This document shows positions 1 through 15,165 of a stretch of 64,000 bases of DNA, in pieces (positions within the stretch are counted from its first letter, which is position 1; each line of letters starts with the position of its first letter). The stretch covers positions 64,001 through 128,000 of IMG/VR virus record IMGVR_UViG_3300013936_000015. One strand, written 5' to 3'. Both the position numbers and the translations under genes were made by a program. Source of the DNA: a virus (taxonomy: Duplodnaviria > Caudoviricetes). A model generated the notes under the pieces. It saw only the letters and a program-made list of their open reading frames with translations. It did not search any database and was not told the DNA's origin.

Positions 1-3000
1 TGAATGGCACGTGCATTATATCCATGTTTTTCATGATTTCTACTTAAAGAATCAGCATCATAATCTTTCTGATAAGATCTTACATCGTCTGCAGAACCAT
101 TATATGCCTACTCAATAAAATTACCATTTGCGCCTCCTGCCGCCTAATAAAGACCATGATGCCTTGTCTACATTTTATTAAGGAAGTCCATATACTGATT
201 ATCATTACCATATGTTTGTAACTGACTAAGTATATAATCCTATGTTGGAGAGAATATATTTCCATACCAAGTAGTATTATTTTGTGTATTATTAATACCA
301 CCATTACCGGGAGTATTTCCACCGGCAGCAAATTTTAATACTCCGCCATATTCATATTTGATAGCAGCAAGAGCGTCTTTTGCATTCTAAAGAGCATTAG
401 GATTAGTACTGTTTGCACTTTTAGCTTCCAAAGTAATAATACGTGAAATTACATCAAAGAGTTCTTTTCTAATATCTTTATCTTGTCTAGTAGCTTTTCT
501 TCCTGCTCTGTCCTGCCCCTTTCCTGTCATTATCTATTTAAAAGTGTCAATGACATCTTTATCTGAAGTAGATAATTTATCAACCGTTGCTTTATGATTG
601 TCTAAAAACTTATTAAGTTGGTCTGGTTTAATAGCTTTACCCTCTGTCTATGTATGAGCAAAGATATTCTATATTTCAGATTTAATATTATCAACAGAAC
701 TAAAATCAGTTTTATTAGTAACTGGAGCAGTCCCACCAGTAGGAGTAGGTCCACTATTTGTGGTATTTCCACCAGTAGATGTATTTCCACCAGTAGATGT
801 ATTTCCACCGGCAGAAGAATGAGTTGTATTTCCACCAGTAGATGTTGTAGAAGTATTAGAATTTACAGGTTTGCCTTGAACAGTAGGTGTTGCAACTCCC
901 CATCTTGGCATAGAAAGATGAGGAAATTTTATTGAAGATTTTCCACCTGCATAGACATCATAATTAGTATTAAAGAATTTAGAAAGAATAGGATGTTTCT
1001 ATATCCTAGTCTGATTCTTATTGTACCTATCCGTATAATCAGTACTGCCATTAATACGTGCCTCCCCAGTTTCTTCCAAATTCTTTTGTTTAAATCTGGA
1101 AAGAGGATTAAATGAACGTGTTTCTGGTCTAAAATTATCAGTTACTGAATATGAGTCGGCATTCTTTACCTTATTTTCATTTAATGCTTCCTAAAGTTTT
1201 GTATTTGCGTCTTTCTAAGTTTTTGCTTTATTAATAGCTTTTATCTATTTAGGAGTAAGATTTACTTCTGCTTTCTAGTCACCTTGCTTAACATTAACAC
1301 TTCTAGCTGCCTTTGGTTGACTATTTTGATATTCTTGTCTTTCTGCAGAATAATATCGATTCTTACCTGCCTAAACACCCATCTGTCCTATTCCAAATAC
1401 GGCTCGGGCGGCACTCATAAAGTTCTTATAGTCGGTTGTTGTCAGATCATCTCCATTTACCATCTTAGTAAGAGAATCTCTAACATTCTTATCAAATGCA
1501 AGTCCTGTGGCATTTGCTCCTGCAATAATCCTAGGTGCCCATTTCATTAATTTAGCACCAAGAGAACCTGCCTTACCTCCGGGAAGTAATCCTAAAGCAC
1601 CATATCCTAGATTTACTAAAGCATTCTTTGCAACATCTCCAGCAGTCATACTATCGTCCATTATATCTGCTGTGAGATCAGTTCCCATAGATGTAAGTCC
1701 TAATACACCTGCTGCGGCAGTTCCATAGCCAGTAAAAGCAGATGCTACTAGTGCTGCTGCATCCTGTACAACACCTGCCAAACGCCACTTGTCAGCAGCA
1801 CTTAATTCCCAGTTACCATTTTCACGAACCTTTTTATTGGCAGCTTTCTCATATGAAGACATTGATGCTTCCTTCTTTCTAGCTGCCTGTTGTTTAGCAA
1901 GCTGTACTTGTCTTTGTACTGCCTATTGTTGTCTAGCCTATGCAAGGGCTGTATTATATTGACCTGTAAAATTATTATTATAACCAAAAACTGCACCACT
2001 TTGTGCTTTTAATATTCCACCATTTTTCTATTGTGGAACATCTTCTTGTGAGGTATCTGTCTATGGTTCTTCTTGTGTTTGAGTTTGTGTCTATTGAGTA
2101 CTTTGATCCTAATTAGCATTATAAACATCTGGATATAAATCTTTAAGAATAAATTGTAAAAGTTTATATCTATTCTATCCTTCTTGACTAATATTAGGAT
2201 CACCAATATTCGCCCAATAGATTCTATAATTTCTAGTATCAAATAAAGCTACTTTTCCAGTATTAAGATTCATAGAATATGGAATTACCATAGTTTCCCT
2301 ACCATAATAATTAAATTTGGTAATTTCTGGATTATCAACATCCAGTCTTAATAACATAGATTTTAATAATAATCCATTGGAAAAGTTTCTTCCATTTACT
2401 TTTATATCCTAACGAGTACACCAAGAAGAAAAATATTTCTTTCCTTGTGACAAAGACTATCCTGCAGTTTTAAAAAAATCATCATCACTGTTATATCTAT
2501 TTGATTTTAATACTTCTCCAATGGCAGTACCATTTGCTAAAGGTCCGTTCGGTCCCGCAGAAAGAGTTCCTATATTATGAGTGTCATATACATCATCAGA
2601 GTGATTACTCTAAGCTCTAAATGCTTTATATTGATTATACAGTCTGCTTCCCGTCTCTTGTGCTTTCTATGTAAGAGATTCAACAGATTCACCATTAACT
2701 ACATCATAATTATCATCCTATCCTCCAGAAGTATCTCCTCCAGAAGTAAATCCTCCAGAAGTATCTCCAGAACCATCATCATTAGGATTACCTGCATCAT
2801 CAGAAAGTAATGTTCTTAAATCAAATCCAAGTCTGGCAGCATTAACATAATCATTATTATTTAATACTCCGTCTGCAAGACTCTGTTTAAGAGCATCTAA
2901 TCTAGACCTAACATCACTCATACCGTTAAAGGTATCAGAAACATCATTATAATCATCCAAATTAATAGAATTGAGATATCCTAAAACAGCATTAATTCTG

Positions 3001-3479
3001 TTAGTTTTTCCTCTTTTTCCATCTTTGCCTACTGGATCTAAATCTTTCCAAATCTACAGATCATAGTTAGGATTTCCGCCATATTGGTAATTATTCCAAC
3101 CATTTGATAAAGTAGTATTATCAAATCTATTTATCTTAGTATTCATCTTCATCTGGCCAATCATCCAATCTCCAATCTTTGATGCATATCCAATATTAAC
3201 AGCTCCAGCACCATTTCTGGTTGTATCTAATCCAGAGCCATCAACATTGTTTATATCTATTGTTCCATTATTAATTTGTGAGATGTTACCATCCTATATG
3301 TTCTTGATTAATGCGTCCTTCTATGCTACAATCTCCTCCTATTGCCCTTTCGACCACATATCCTTATAAGTATTAAAGAAAGCATCATATTGACTATTTA
3401 ATTGGGAGATATAATCATTTCTATTAACATCAACACCATTGATTTTAATAGTAGGCTGCATATTTGTATTTTCTGCCAT
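1..3479 (-). CDS. Large virion cargo/ejection-type protein, 3'-truncated by the window (>1150 aa, TAG=Gln)
   Basis: ATG at 3479. Track fragments 2718-2960, 2175-2357, 1371-1862 and 669-911 are in one frame, separated by TAG. Contains a hydrophobic Gly/Ala-rich segment, low-complexity STGGNT repeats and internal QKNGGILKAQSG and KYEYGGVLKFAAGG motifs. Confidence 0.75.
763..843. repeat. 18-bp coding tandem repeat (STGGNT units)
   Basis: gtatttccaccagtagat repeated in tandem, plus degenerate copies. Confidence 0.85.
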
Positions 3480-3486
3480 ATTATAT

Positions 3487-3527
3487 AAAAAAATAAAGGG
3501 AAACATACTCAGTATGCTCCCCTTTTA
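3487..3527 (-). terminator. Intrinsic terminator-like hairpin
   Basis: Stem aagggaaacatac/gtatgctcccctt followed by a T-run on the minus strand, just after the 3531-3857 gene. Confidence 0.6.
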
Positions 3528-3530
3528 TTA

Positions 3531-3857
3531 TTACTTAATTCTATAAGAAAGTTTTCCACCTGCTCTGTATACTGGCTCGCCCTCATCAGCAGTGCCTTGT
3601 TCGGGAGCACCTTGAGCACTCTGAGCACCTTGCTGTGCCAACTGGATTAAAACTTGACAAACCTGCATAGCAGTCTCACAATCTCTATTCTGAATAGCTT
3701 GTGCAGCTGCTTCAATTAATTGTGCCATAGGATCTTGGCTCTCCCCCTGCTGAGGAGCACCCTGCTCTTGCTGTGCACCTTCTTGAGGAGCACCCTGAGG
3801 TGCTTGCTCTTGAGGAGCCGCACCACCCTGCTGAAATTTTCTAAAAACTAAATTCAT
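3531..3857 (-). CDS. Small Gln-rich putative virion cargo protein
   Basis: Intact TAG-free ORF that starts RKFQQGG and ends YRAGGKL. Confidence 0.8.
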   Translation of the reverse strand: MNLVFRKFQQGGAAPQEQAPQGAPQEGAQQEQGAPQQGESQDPMAQLIEAAAQAIQNRDCETAMQVCQVLIQLAQQGAQSAQGAPEQGTADEGEPVYRAGGKLSYRIK

Positions 3858-3954
3858 AAATATTTACTATTTTACGTTTAAAAAGAAATTATTAATACTA
3901 TTAATATATGGTTAGTATTGATAATATATTTGTTTAAAAAATTATTAATAGATA

Positions 3955-4521
3955 TTAATTTGATTTCTTTTCAACATATTCAGGTTTTCGCTCATCTTGT
4001 TTTTTGAGCACTTTAAACATATATCTACCAAGTGATTTATAATCTGAATCCTTTTTAGTCTAATTAGCTTTCTTAGCTTTCTTAATAAGAATCTTTGTTT
4101 CTCTACGGGAAACAATACGTTCTCCTCCCCATAAATCCATCTACGAACTACCGTCAGGAGCAAGAACCTTCATAACAGGCTCTTCATCATCTTCAAAATC
4201 TAAATAATCCCCTTTCTTAATTCCACTATCCTTATTTAATTCAACGACATAGGAAACATTATCACAAGAAAGCATTGTATCATCATTAGGCTTTCCCTGC
4301 TTTACATCAATAACTTCCTAATCATCATTAATAAAGATAATGTCTAATGGAATATTAGTATTATGCATCCACATACTAACCTTTGAGGGTTCTTCCCAAT
4401 AAAAAATCATTCCCTCATCTTTAGGAAGAGAATTTATATTCATTAAACCTTGCTCTTTCTCTTTAGGTGAAATAGCTTCTTTTACCTTAAAAGGTTTATT
4501 TCCTAATTTAATATTTATCAT
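3955..4521 (-). CDS. DUF192-family protein (188 aa, TAG=Gln)
   Basis: EQGLM..SLPKDEGMIF..SMWMHNTNIPLDIIFI and YVVELN motifs. Reads through TAG at 4318 to TAA at 3955. Confidence 0.8.
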
Positions 4522-6539
4522 TTTTTCTCCCTCCTAACATATTTATAATACTATAAAGGATTTCCATTTTCATCAGTAGTTATTAACTTCCAATCTGCTT
4601 TGAAATTTCTTCCATCTGGAGAATTATACCACTCCTGTTCTTTATAAATAGTAGGATGGTTAGGAGTTTTTAGAAATTCATATTCCCCAGTATCTTCATT
4701 ATATGCTACAGAACCTGTATGATATCCCTTATCTTCTGGATTCCATTCATATATCTTATCATAAGGATTAAATACTGGAGGTTTACCATTTAACTCCCAA
4801 AATCTTCTAAGTCTATATTCTTTGGGATCAGTATTTGCTAAATTAGAAGGAAGTGAATTTCTATAAATCTCATATTTTTCATCATCAGGAATCTCTCCCC
4901 CCTTTTGTAAACTAGTGGGGGTAGTTCCTAATAAATTAGAGAATTGTCTTGCTCTGGCATTTCCTCCATTTAAAGATCTATAGAAACTATCTGTCTATTG
5001 TTGACTTAACTATTCATTCTTTTGTTTCTATTCCTTACCAGCTTTTATACCATTTCCAACCGCTTTTGCTCCTTCAATTACTGCCTTACCAACCTATTTA
5101 AGTGTCTATTGTTTCTAATCATCATCCTCTTGATCAGTAGGGTTCTAATTGTCTGTAGGCTCTTCAAAATAAGAAGTAGCTAATCCTTGTTGGGCCTATC
5201 TTTCTATTGAAGAATTATCAGGAATATTTGGAGTTGAAGGAGTTGTAGATGAAGAAACAGGAATAGGAGCACTAGGATTCAAAGCACCATCTATTAATTT
5301 CCGTGTCTACTCAGCAGGTGTCTACTCAACAGGTGTCAACTTAATAGGAGTCCATTTACTCCAATCAATTGCCTATGCCAGAGCAGAACCCATCTATGCT
5401 TTTAATATTCCACCCTCCTTAAATTTAGACATCAACTTACTATTGTCCTAAGTATTCTCAAGAATTTCTTTTACCAATAATTTACCACACTCTAAAGCAG
5501 CTTCTTCTGAGCCGTCCTTAGCATACGCCTCAATTTTATCAGTAACCTCTTTTCTAAAGATAATTTCATCTCGTTCTATTTCTGCCTACTGGTTTCCATC
5601 TTTATCAACTACTGGAATACCTTTCTATGTCAACTCTTCAGTATCTGCCATATGATGTAATCGGGCGTGTAATGCTCCGTCTGGGATGATATTAAAAGAA
5701 CCTCCCTTTTGGAATTTATCTATATCAAGGACACCACCAGTCCGTTTGGACTCTACTTCTTTATCCCTCACTTTGTGGGCAATCTTCTTGGCCTTCTTGA
5801 TAATATCAAGTTTTATTCCCTATCTTCCTAAATATGTTCGAGCATCATACCCACCATTTATCTAATTCATATATCTCTAACTATTAAAATCAGACATATT
5901 ACTTGCTAAATTTGCTCTTTCTTGTGCATCAATATTGATAGCTTTCATCTAGTCCATTTGTCTATTTGCCTCATTAATCTATCTATTTGCTTTTCTTCTA
6001 GCACCTCCACTAATCAGACCATATTTCTTATTAGCCCTCTTAGAAGCAGCATTATAACCTGCTATGGAACCACTATAATCACTGCCTACTCCTGCCATTG
6101 CATCTTTAGCTGCTAAAGAATTATCAATATTTACAGATCTCTTGCCAAATAATCCATTAATAGCACCAAGATTAGAAGCAAAAAGAGAAGAACCTAATAT
6201 ACTATCCCCTGTTGTCATTCCGTCAGTACCTGCTCCTAAAGTATTAAGAGCATTGCCTAGTAGTTTATTTCCTGCCATTCCTGCAGAAATAAATCCTCCT
6301 ATTCCCGGAATAAATCCAGCAGCATTCATCAGACCGTCATAGGCGGTATCTATTCCTTTGGTTACTCCCCCATTTTCTCCAGAATATTCTGATTTTTCAG
6401 GAAATAAATCAGCAAGCATATTAGCAGCCTGTCCTGCAAGAGCAACAACATTGGGATTTTTTAATCCACCTTTGAAGGCATCTTTTAGATTATCTATACC
6501 GTTAGCAGCAGCATCAGAAATTGTCTATGTTATACTCAT
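4518..6539 (-). CDS. Modular cargo/ejection-type protein (673 aa, TAG=Gln)
   Basis: ATG 6539 to TGA 4518, with an ATGA overlap with the next gene. N-terminal hydrophobic Gly-rich region, a NIIPDGALHARLHH..AEIERDEIIF block and several GG motifs. Confidence 0.75.
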
Positions 6540-9500
6540 GAGAAACTCTATGTATAAATTGTTTTAATTCCAGATATAATAGCTAATTCCTTACCACTAT
6601 ACCTTATTCTTACTTTTATCCATTTATCTCTTAATGGAGCAGATTTTGTATAAGTCCATTTATCCAAACTAAGATTCTATGGCCAATAATATTTATTCTA
6701 ATATTCTATGGGTAACTTATTATTATCAATATTACTGTCCTTAATATCATTTGGAATGTAATCAATAACAATAGGGGGTTTACCATTTGACCATTTAGCT
6801 TCATTCTTCTATACAAAATTCATATAAGGAATCTATATTTTCCATAATCCTTCCGTATATTCTGAATTTGATTTTAATATTCCATACTTCTTTCTGGTAT
6901 TACACTTAATAATAGTCTGAATAAGAAATTTATTCTCCCTAGTATCCCATATTACTTGTGAACCAGACAAATAACTCCAATCCCATATATTAATATGTTT
7001 GGAATCTTGTAAAATATTAGATGAATATTCGTCATAATATAATTCCAATTCATCTTTTGTTCTTTTATAATATGCTGGGAAAATTGTAGACTTGCTTATC
7101 CCCTATTTGAATACGGCTCCCGGATTGTTAGTATATCTATCAGATACTGTTAGATTCTAATCTGGAATAATATTAGTATAATATTTGTCATAAGAAATAT
7201 TAGATCCCATTTCTCTCCAAAGTAACTTTGTAGCTTCCTGCCTATAATAAGCATTTGGAAGATCTGCTTTAAATTCATAACCATCACCAGTTACTGTAAA
7301 ACTAAAAGATTCAGGCTCTGTATTATTAGAAATAAGCAATAAATTATTAAAAATCTTCTGTATTGAACCTACATCTCTTACTATAAATTCAAATTCAAAT
7401 GGGAACTATATATCATACCATTTAGTAGGATATGGCTTATCAACAATATCTTTATTGATATATCTTATTATAGATTCTCCATGTTTCCAGATGTATGATA
7501 GTTTTGGATAATAGTCAGTTTTACCTTCATCATTAAAATAAATTGGATAGTCTTTAGATAAAGTATTCCTCTTATCATTAAGTATTTTTACTAAATCAGC
7601 ATTTATAGAATACATATTGTTATCTATATTAAATACTTCTGTAGGAATCCAACTATAGAATGTAGTAAACATACCACTATCACTAACTAAAAAGTTGTAA
7701 GCAATATTCCACTATAGAATATTCTTTTTATCTTCTAAATTATAGAAAGTAAACATTATCTCCTGTTTACCTGCATTATAGAAAGATTTTACATTCTTAA
7801 TACCTAATTCAAAACTTGAATCATTATAATTAAGATTAATATTCTTATTCAAGAATGATTCTATTACAAAATCAGAAATTATTTTTAATGTGGGTCTTAT
7901 TCCACCAACCATCCATATCTTTTTAGCTACTGTATCTACTCCAAATACTCCATAAGGAGTGTCTATAATACTATCAATCCATTTAGATCCAAAATCAGTA
8001 GAAAGAACAAGAGTTGCCCTCTAAGGAAGAACTTTGTTATAATTTAAGTAAACACTAGTAGAATCAGAAATCATTGTTTTCTCACTAGGCTCTACATAAA
8101 TAATACCGTGTTCTAATATTACTAACAATCCTTCTGAATAATTTACTATTTTAGTTATAGCTCCTAATTCTTGATTATAATCCATATGATTACCTGACAA
8201 GAAAGATCTATATCCATTAGTAATAGAATTATCCTGTGCTACTTCTGAATAATAAATTCTGTTCTTATAGTAATTATAAACAAAGGGAACGTCTACTGGA
8301 CAATTAAATGTTAATCCACTATTATTTACATTATATCCATCATTTAATACAGATGTTTCTGGCAACTTAGAACTTCCTGCAACACTCATAGAATGAACAG
8401 GATAAAATCCTCTTCCTCGTCCATATACAGACTTCTCATTGACATTAGAATCATCAATACTTCTATATATAAGATTGTAATTAGATTCTATTCTAAGAGT
8501 TATCCAATTACCTAATTGAACAGCATTTAGATCTCCAACATTCATCTTATTCCAACTATGTACAACATTATCTTTATTCCATTCATCACAGCTGTTATTT
8601 AGCCAAGAAGTAGAATCAACAATTATATCATTTGTTGGACTAGATGTACTACTGAAGTTTCTCTTCATTCTCTAAGTAAACCAGCATATGTATCTATCAC
8701 CACCAAATAATTCCTATTCTGTTTTAGAATTATTTAATTGAACTCTCTATCCTATTTGATAATAATTAGAAGTATCTTTTAATCGAATCTCCCAATAATT
8801 ATCCATATTATTTATATTAAACTCGGGGATATATACATTATATAGTGAATATAAATCAACAATATCAGAAGGTTGTATTGTGCTATAATATTCATTTGGA
8901 AAATAATTAGCAATATTATATTCATCTTCCTTTGACTTACCACCATATTTTAAGAAATTTTCTCCTTGTCCTTTATATTGCCAATGATAATATTTTGTAT
9001 AATCATCATTATTATAACTAGGATATTTTAGAAATACTTGATCAGCACCAGAATATGTATCTTTAACAAAATTACTAAATCCTATTCCGATATATGGAGA
9101 AATTATACCTCTAAATATATTCTTTCTTCGACATAATGAATTATGGTTATTTTCATCTCCAATTTTTCCATATTCATAAGACAACTATGACGCATCATAA
9201 TTATCTATGAATCTAAATTGTCGTGCTTCTGTAGAACTTCCAACACTTGATCGGAATATTTTGCCATCAGCTTCCACACCAGATACATCCTCGGGTACAG
9301 AAATTAAAGACACTTTAGAATAAATATTCTAAAATCTATCATCGTTATCTGTACCACCATTACCCCATGGATTTATTCCATTGTTATAATATTTAAAAAT
9401 ATGAGATCTGTCATTATCAGTAGCAGAGCATATATAATTACATACTTTTTTTACAGTAAATTTATCTCCAGTAAGAAACTAATTAAAATAAGGCTACTTT

Positions 9501-11317
9501 ATAGTTAAATCTGGACATATCCCTGCCGCTTTTTCAAAACTTCTAAATCCTGAAATAAGTCTTGGAATATATGGTTGGGTTAAATATGCGTATTGACCTT
9601 TGTCTGTATGCCACCAAATTTTGAACTCTCCAGTATCTCCAATCTTTTGTCCAGCATCTAACTATATGGGACTTAAAAAAGATTCTAGTTGGGTATATTT
9701 ATTAGAAGTACTATCAACTGCAGGAACATCTGCTCCCTAAATCATTGGCATTGTAAACATCTATGTAAGTTTCAAAGGCATTCTTTTCTATCTTACAAAG
9801 AAATACCCCATAATACCTTTTCTCTTTAGATACTATAAAACAAACTTATCAGTTCTTATATCTAAAGAATATATATAATATCCAACAGTATTTATTGAAG
9901 TTACTCCCCCATTGTATTGAAATGGATATGAATATCTATCTGGATTTATGTAAATAACACCCTTTTCGTTTTCCCTTGTGTTATTCTTAACATATCCATT
10001 GTCATGAAATTCCCAATTCTTAAAAGTAATACTATCAGGTAACTCATTAGAATCTGTCTAAAATTTCTCATGCCATGGAATATCAGAATAATAAGAATTT
10101 CTATTAGGTTGGGTCTTGTTATTTACTGTATTTAATTCATGCCCTCTGATATTATACACATTAGAAAGCTGACCATTATTATAGATATATACAATACCAA
10201 GCCTATAAAACTCTCCTGGCATATAACCTAAATAATAATATTGATTTTGAGAATTGTAATATTCTCCTTGATATTTAGATTCTGATTTCTGGATAACTTC
10301 ATATTCTCCAGAAACCTCACCAATAAGATTATTAGCCTATGTCTCTTTTAAGAAAGGTAAAAACTATAAACTAAGTGTCTTTAATTCCTAATCATAAGGG
10401 ATATTAGTAGTACAATTAGCAGCAAATAACCTATTCTATGTCTATGCAAAAGATTTGACTGTAGTAAAAAGAGTATGTGTCTGATTAATTGCGAATTGTG
10501 TTGTATCAACAGTATTCTCAAATCCAGAAATACGAATTTCTAATTCATCCCCATCATAAGGAAATAAATCTACTAACTATTTGTATTCATCAACACTATT
10601 CTAATCCTTATCAGCAGTAATCCTCTAATAGCAAACCTGTATATAATTATAACTAGTATCAAGATTACTTAATTTTAATCTAATAGTCTTATTAGAATTT
10701 TCATCTCTGATACCACCGTGTACTGATTTTGGATTACCATCATCACCAATAAATGCTATAATTCTATTAGACTAAGCAACAATATCAGTAACATTCTTAT
10801 CTAAATCAGCATATCTAAAGAAGAAGAAATAACTACCACATTTTAAATTACCATTACCTGCCATTCCTAAATAATCCACTTGAGGAATTTTATCATATAA
10901 TAGTTGTAAACTAGTATTTTTGGCAAGCGTATTTTCATCATAGAGATTGCTATTCTTTTCTCTATTAATAAATGTAAATGTATTATTATCTTGTACTCGA
11001 AACCTACTATTTACTAGTCTTGGAATACTTTTATTATCAGTAAATATTAGATTGGTACTTCCATCATATGTTTTCTGTGTTTCTAACTAAACCTAAGAAG
11101 TAAAATCATATTTATATTGATCGGTCTCAAAATTATTAACCTTATTAAGACCATCTTCTTCCTTTAATAAGTTTCTTAACGGCCTATATGTTATTTGTAA
11201 TGGAGCCTCATCAATAGGAATACTACCATATATATAGAAATTTACATCTTCATTAGGATTAGTTAAAACAGAGATGTCTAATGATTCAAATCCCGTATTA
11301 GTTGTCTGAAGTTTCAT
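6536..11317 (-). CDS. Tail stabilization/muzzle-like protein (1593 aa, TAG=Gln)
   Basis: The track fragments checked (ends 7048, 8668, 9184) share the frame of ATG 11317. C-terminal RDKWIKVRIRYSG motif and position in the tail module resemble crAss-like stabilization proteins. Confidence 0.7.
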
Positions 11318-13298
11318 CTGTAAGCGTTATAGTAAATTCGTCTGAATAATTACCCCTACCTATTCTCGAATATTTATAAGTATCTCCTACTTCAAATCCT
11401 ACATCAAAATTTGGATCGTCACAGATATATTCTGTTTTCTTATTTTTTATAAATGTTAAGAGTGGTTCTCGTGCTGTATCCCAAGAATCAATGTTATCAT
11501 ATGGAGTATCCCCAGGATTTCCGGGATCATAAGGATCATAAGGTTCATAAGGGGTGTCTTGCTAATAATCACCTCCCGTATAAGGATTGTCACTAACAGT
11601 AGAGTCAACTCCTCCCTGTATAGGTTCGGTAGGTAATTTTATATCCTATGTAGAAATCTTACCGTCTTTAATTCTTTGAATATAGGCATAAACATACAAT
11701 TTATTATCTCCCTTTGTATTAGGATAATTATAAACTATAGAATATTTAATATCTTTATTAGCAAGATCATTACTATTTAATACTATAGATTTATTACCAT
11801 CTTTATCAATAGTAAGTAAATCTGTTTTTTCTGTTACATCATTTTTAGTTTCATTTCTATAAATATGAATAATACCCTCTTTCATTTCTACATTTTCAAA
11901 GTCTGCGATATTACCAGTAATATAATATGTAGCATCTGGATTATCCCAGTTATTATAAGTAGACCATTTAGAAGTTATTTTCATTGTAGTATATTTATAT
12001 TTATACTACTTGCCGTCTTCTGTTTCATTAGGAACAGTAGGAGAAATATAATGATCTAAATTTACTCCTACAGGAATAGAGATACTGTCTGTATATTGAT
12101 TATTATTATAGAAACAACTTAATTCATTAAATAGACTGCTGTAATTTATTTGTGTAGTATGTTTTTCAGTTCCGCTGCTATCCTTTGTTTCTTTCCCATC
12201 ATCACTTATTAAATACTTGTTATAGGACAGCTCTATATCTAACTAACAACCATTTATAACATTATCCTTTATTGCATTAGAATAATTATTTAAATGCTAT
12301 GAATTTGGACAGTTATATGTAACAGAAACAGGGATATCAACAATCATACGTTTATCATATGTTTCAGACTCCTCTTTCATTGTTATTGTATTTGATCCAG
12401 CATCATATTCAAAATTTAAAAAATCTTGAAACTCTGAATCTGTCCAATATAGTCTATTAGATGTAGACTTAACATTATTATAAGTGATTATATTGATAGG
12501 ATTCATCTTACAACTATAAATATAGTTTTTAGATAGTTCCATTACAAGCCTTGTAATAATATCATTACCATTATAAAAACACTTATATCCAAATTCTGTA
12601 ATATTGCCATCCTTTTCTTTAGTATATTGTTTCATTAAACTATTTACATATGAAACTTCCACACCATTTTTATTATATCCCTTGAATTTTATAGAATATA
12701 CCTTGTTAATATAATTATCATCAAATTTTCTAGTTCCTATATACTCATACAGAAATGTAGGAAGTTTTAAATAAAATTCTGCCCCATAGCTTAATGTAAC
12801 TGGATATAATTTCTCTTCATTCCAAGCCTATAATTGATGAGCATCCTAATCAAAAATAGTAAAACTTTCAGAAATTCTACTATCTTTGTGATAAGTATAA
12901 GAATCCTTTAATTGTAAATGTTTCTATTGATTCTTTCCCTCATCAGATAAGTCTGTAATTAATGCTTTAATATCATTAACTCCAGGAAAACTTCCTACCT
13001 ATGTATGTCCCTCTTTATCAGTAAGAATCATATATGCAACACCACCATCTTCTTTAGTAACAAGAGGGACATATCCGTCTGGTAAAGCAGCTTTATTATA
13101 ATTTCCCTCATCATCTACATCAAAAGGATTAGTAATGCTAGTATTACCAAAATCATTTTGTAAAATCATCTCATCACCATTACCAGTAATCATACTGGCA
13201 TTCATAGCATCTGTAAGCTATTCATTAGTAATAGTCTATTCATTTAGATCTAGGTTCATCCCCTTACTAAATCCATTAACCGCTTCTTTTTTTGACAT
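11298..13298 (-). CDS. Tail structural protein with stabilization-protein-like N-terminus (666 aa, TAG=Gln)
   Basis: N-terminus FSKGMNLDL..LTDAMNASMITGNGDEMILQNDFGN. Fragments 12999, 12297 and 11646 are in frame. Confidence 0.7.
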
Positions 13299-14464
13299 AT
13301 TGTTGAATAGTTTGTATTACATAAATCACTTATTTTTAAGTTAGGCTAGAATTTATAAAATTCCACATTGTATAAATCTATATATGTCCTTATAAATCGG
13401 AAAAAACCTACATCAGAAGATTTAACCCTTACAATATATCTGTGTATTCGGTATAGTAATGATGCAATTTCCGGAGATTTACATAATAGTTTACATTTAT
13501 TAAAATAAAATTTTTTCTATTGTTTATATCTTAAACTTCCATCTGGTTTGAAATATTTCTTAAATTCTGGTTTAGAAATACCAAAATAATAATAACCATC
13601 CCATTTAATATTCTTGGAATACCAAAGTTTACGAATGCGCTTCCTTAATTGTCTGGCATAATATTTTTCTGGTTTCTTTCCACAGAAAGCAATAACATTC
13701 CCAATATAAATATATCTTCCACCCTTACTGATAAATATATCCATAAAAGATTTAGCATTGATAGAAATCTGTCTAACACCAAATCTAATAATTTGATATA
13801 AAGTCTATATCTTAATATTAGGATATAATAAAGATACTTTTTCAACATAATCCATTAAAAGTACTGGTGCTTTAGGATAATATTCCTTACCAGAATTAAC
13901 TTGCTTCGCCAAGTCCTATTGAAATCTATCATCCATAATAACATCCGTCTAACGTATAGGAGTTCCTCCTGCTTTACGATAGTAATAAAAACATGGACAA
14001 TAAGCCTTAAAGTTAGATTCGAGATAATCAATATATTGATAGTTTCCTCTTTGACGTTCTTTTATAAATTCATCGCCCTTAATAACACGCATATGAACTT
14101 CTGTGTATGCTCCAATACCTGCAAGACTAATTGTTCTATTATATAGGATGATATCTTGCATCATAATAAATACAGCATCTGCTAAAATATCACCAAAGAA
14201 CTCTTCTATCTCTTTATCTGGATCTATATTTAATTGAGATATTTGTGTATCATTTAATCCTAATCCTTTTCTATATGTATAATATAGCTCTTTTTGAGTC
14301 ATTGCATATCCAAACCCAGAATTTAGAATTAATTCCAAACTTTCATTTTCATTCAGTTTTTTCTTAGGAATGTATTTTATTTCCTTCTTCTTTTTCCTGA
14401 TCAAACTGGGAGATATCTCCCTATAAACATCTCGCAAATTTACATTACCATACCACTATTCCAT
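13256..14464 (-). CDS. Basic conserved protein, possibly IHF/HU-like (402 aa, TAG=Gln)
   Basis: Fragments 13949-14437 and 13517-13744 are in frame, with TAG at codon 3. Function inferred only from the syntenic position of IHF-like genes in crAss-like tail modules. Confidence 0.55.
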
Positions 14465-15165
14465 TAACGTAAAGGCTTAAATGATTTATTATATATTTTT
14501 CTATCGTGTGATGTTCTAGCATCTAATATCTCATTCATATCATTCTGAGAAAGATATGTAGGAATACGGGCCTAATCTACTTGAACAGCATACTTCTTAG
14601 TAAGATTTGAGGATAATGTGATTAAATTAGCATTATTGGTCGCTAATCCCCTTTTAAAATAGTCTATAGATGCAATATATGTAGCAATGGCAAGGGCCTC
14701 ATCATCAGTAACTTTAGGAAGACCCTCATTGTCTAAAATAAATTCTTTATATAATAAATGTAATTTAGTTCCTACAGGAGCTTCTTTCACCTAAATTGTA
14801 TTATCATCAACCATTACATATTTTACGTATCTACCAGATTGATAAAAAGGACTCATAGAAACTTTTCTACCCTCTATATATTCTTCTGTTACAATAGAAC
14901 CCATATCTCCTTCTGAATATATTGGAGAATTATACATTGCATCTTCAAAGTCATAATTCAATGATTCTATAGCATCACATTCACAAGGAAGCTCTATAAT
15001 ACCATCGTTTCCAACTTCTACATAAGTGGATTTTAATTTATATCTCTAATTGCCAATTTTATTAAAAGCAATCATTCCTAATTCTTCAAAATCCTCCTCT
15101 GGCATCTTTACCCCATATAGCTGATTAGCTAAAACCATTGCATAATGAAAATTATTATACTACAT
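14464..15165 (-). CDS. Tail tubular/ring protein (233 aa, TAG=Gln)
   Basis: FEELGMIAFNKIGN, IELPCECDAIES and DNEGLPKVTDDEALAIATY motifs. Codon 2 is TAG. Confidence 0.7.

Noticed and set aside
2721-11552. Short coding tandem repeats (15-bp at ~2721-2772 and ~5305-5340, 9-bp at ~11524-11552)
   Set aside because: In-frame low-complexity linkers with no evidence of phase variation.
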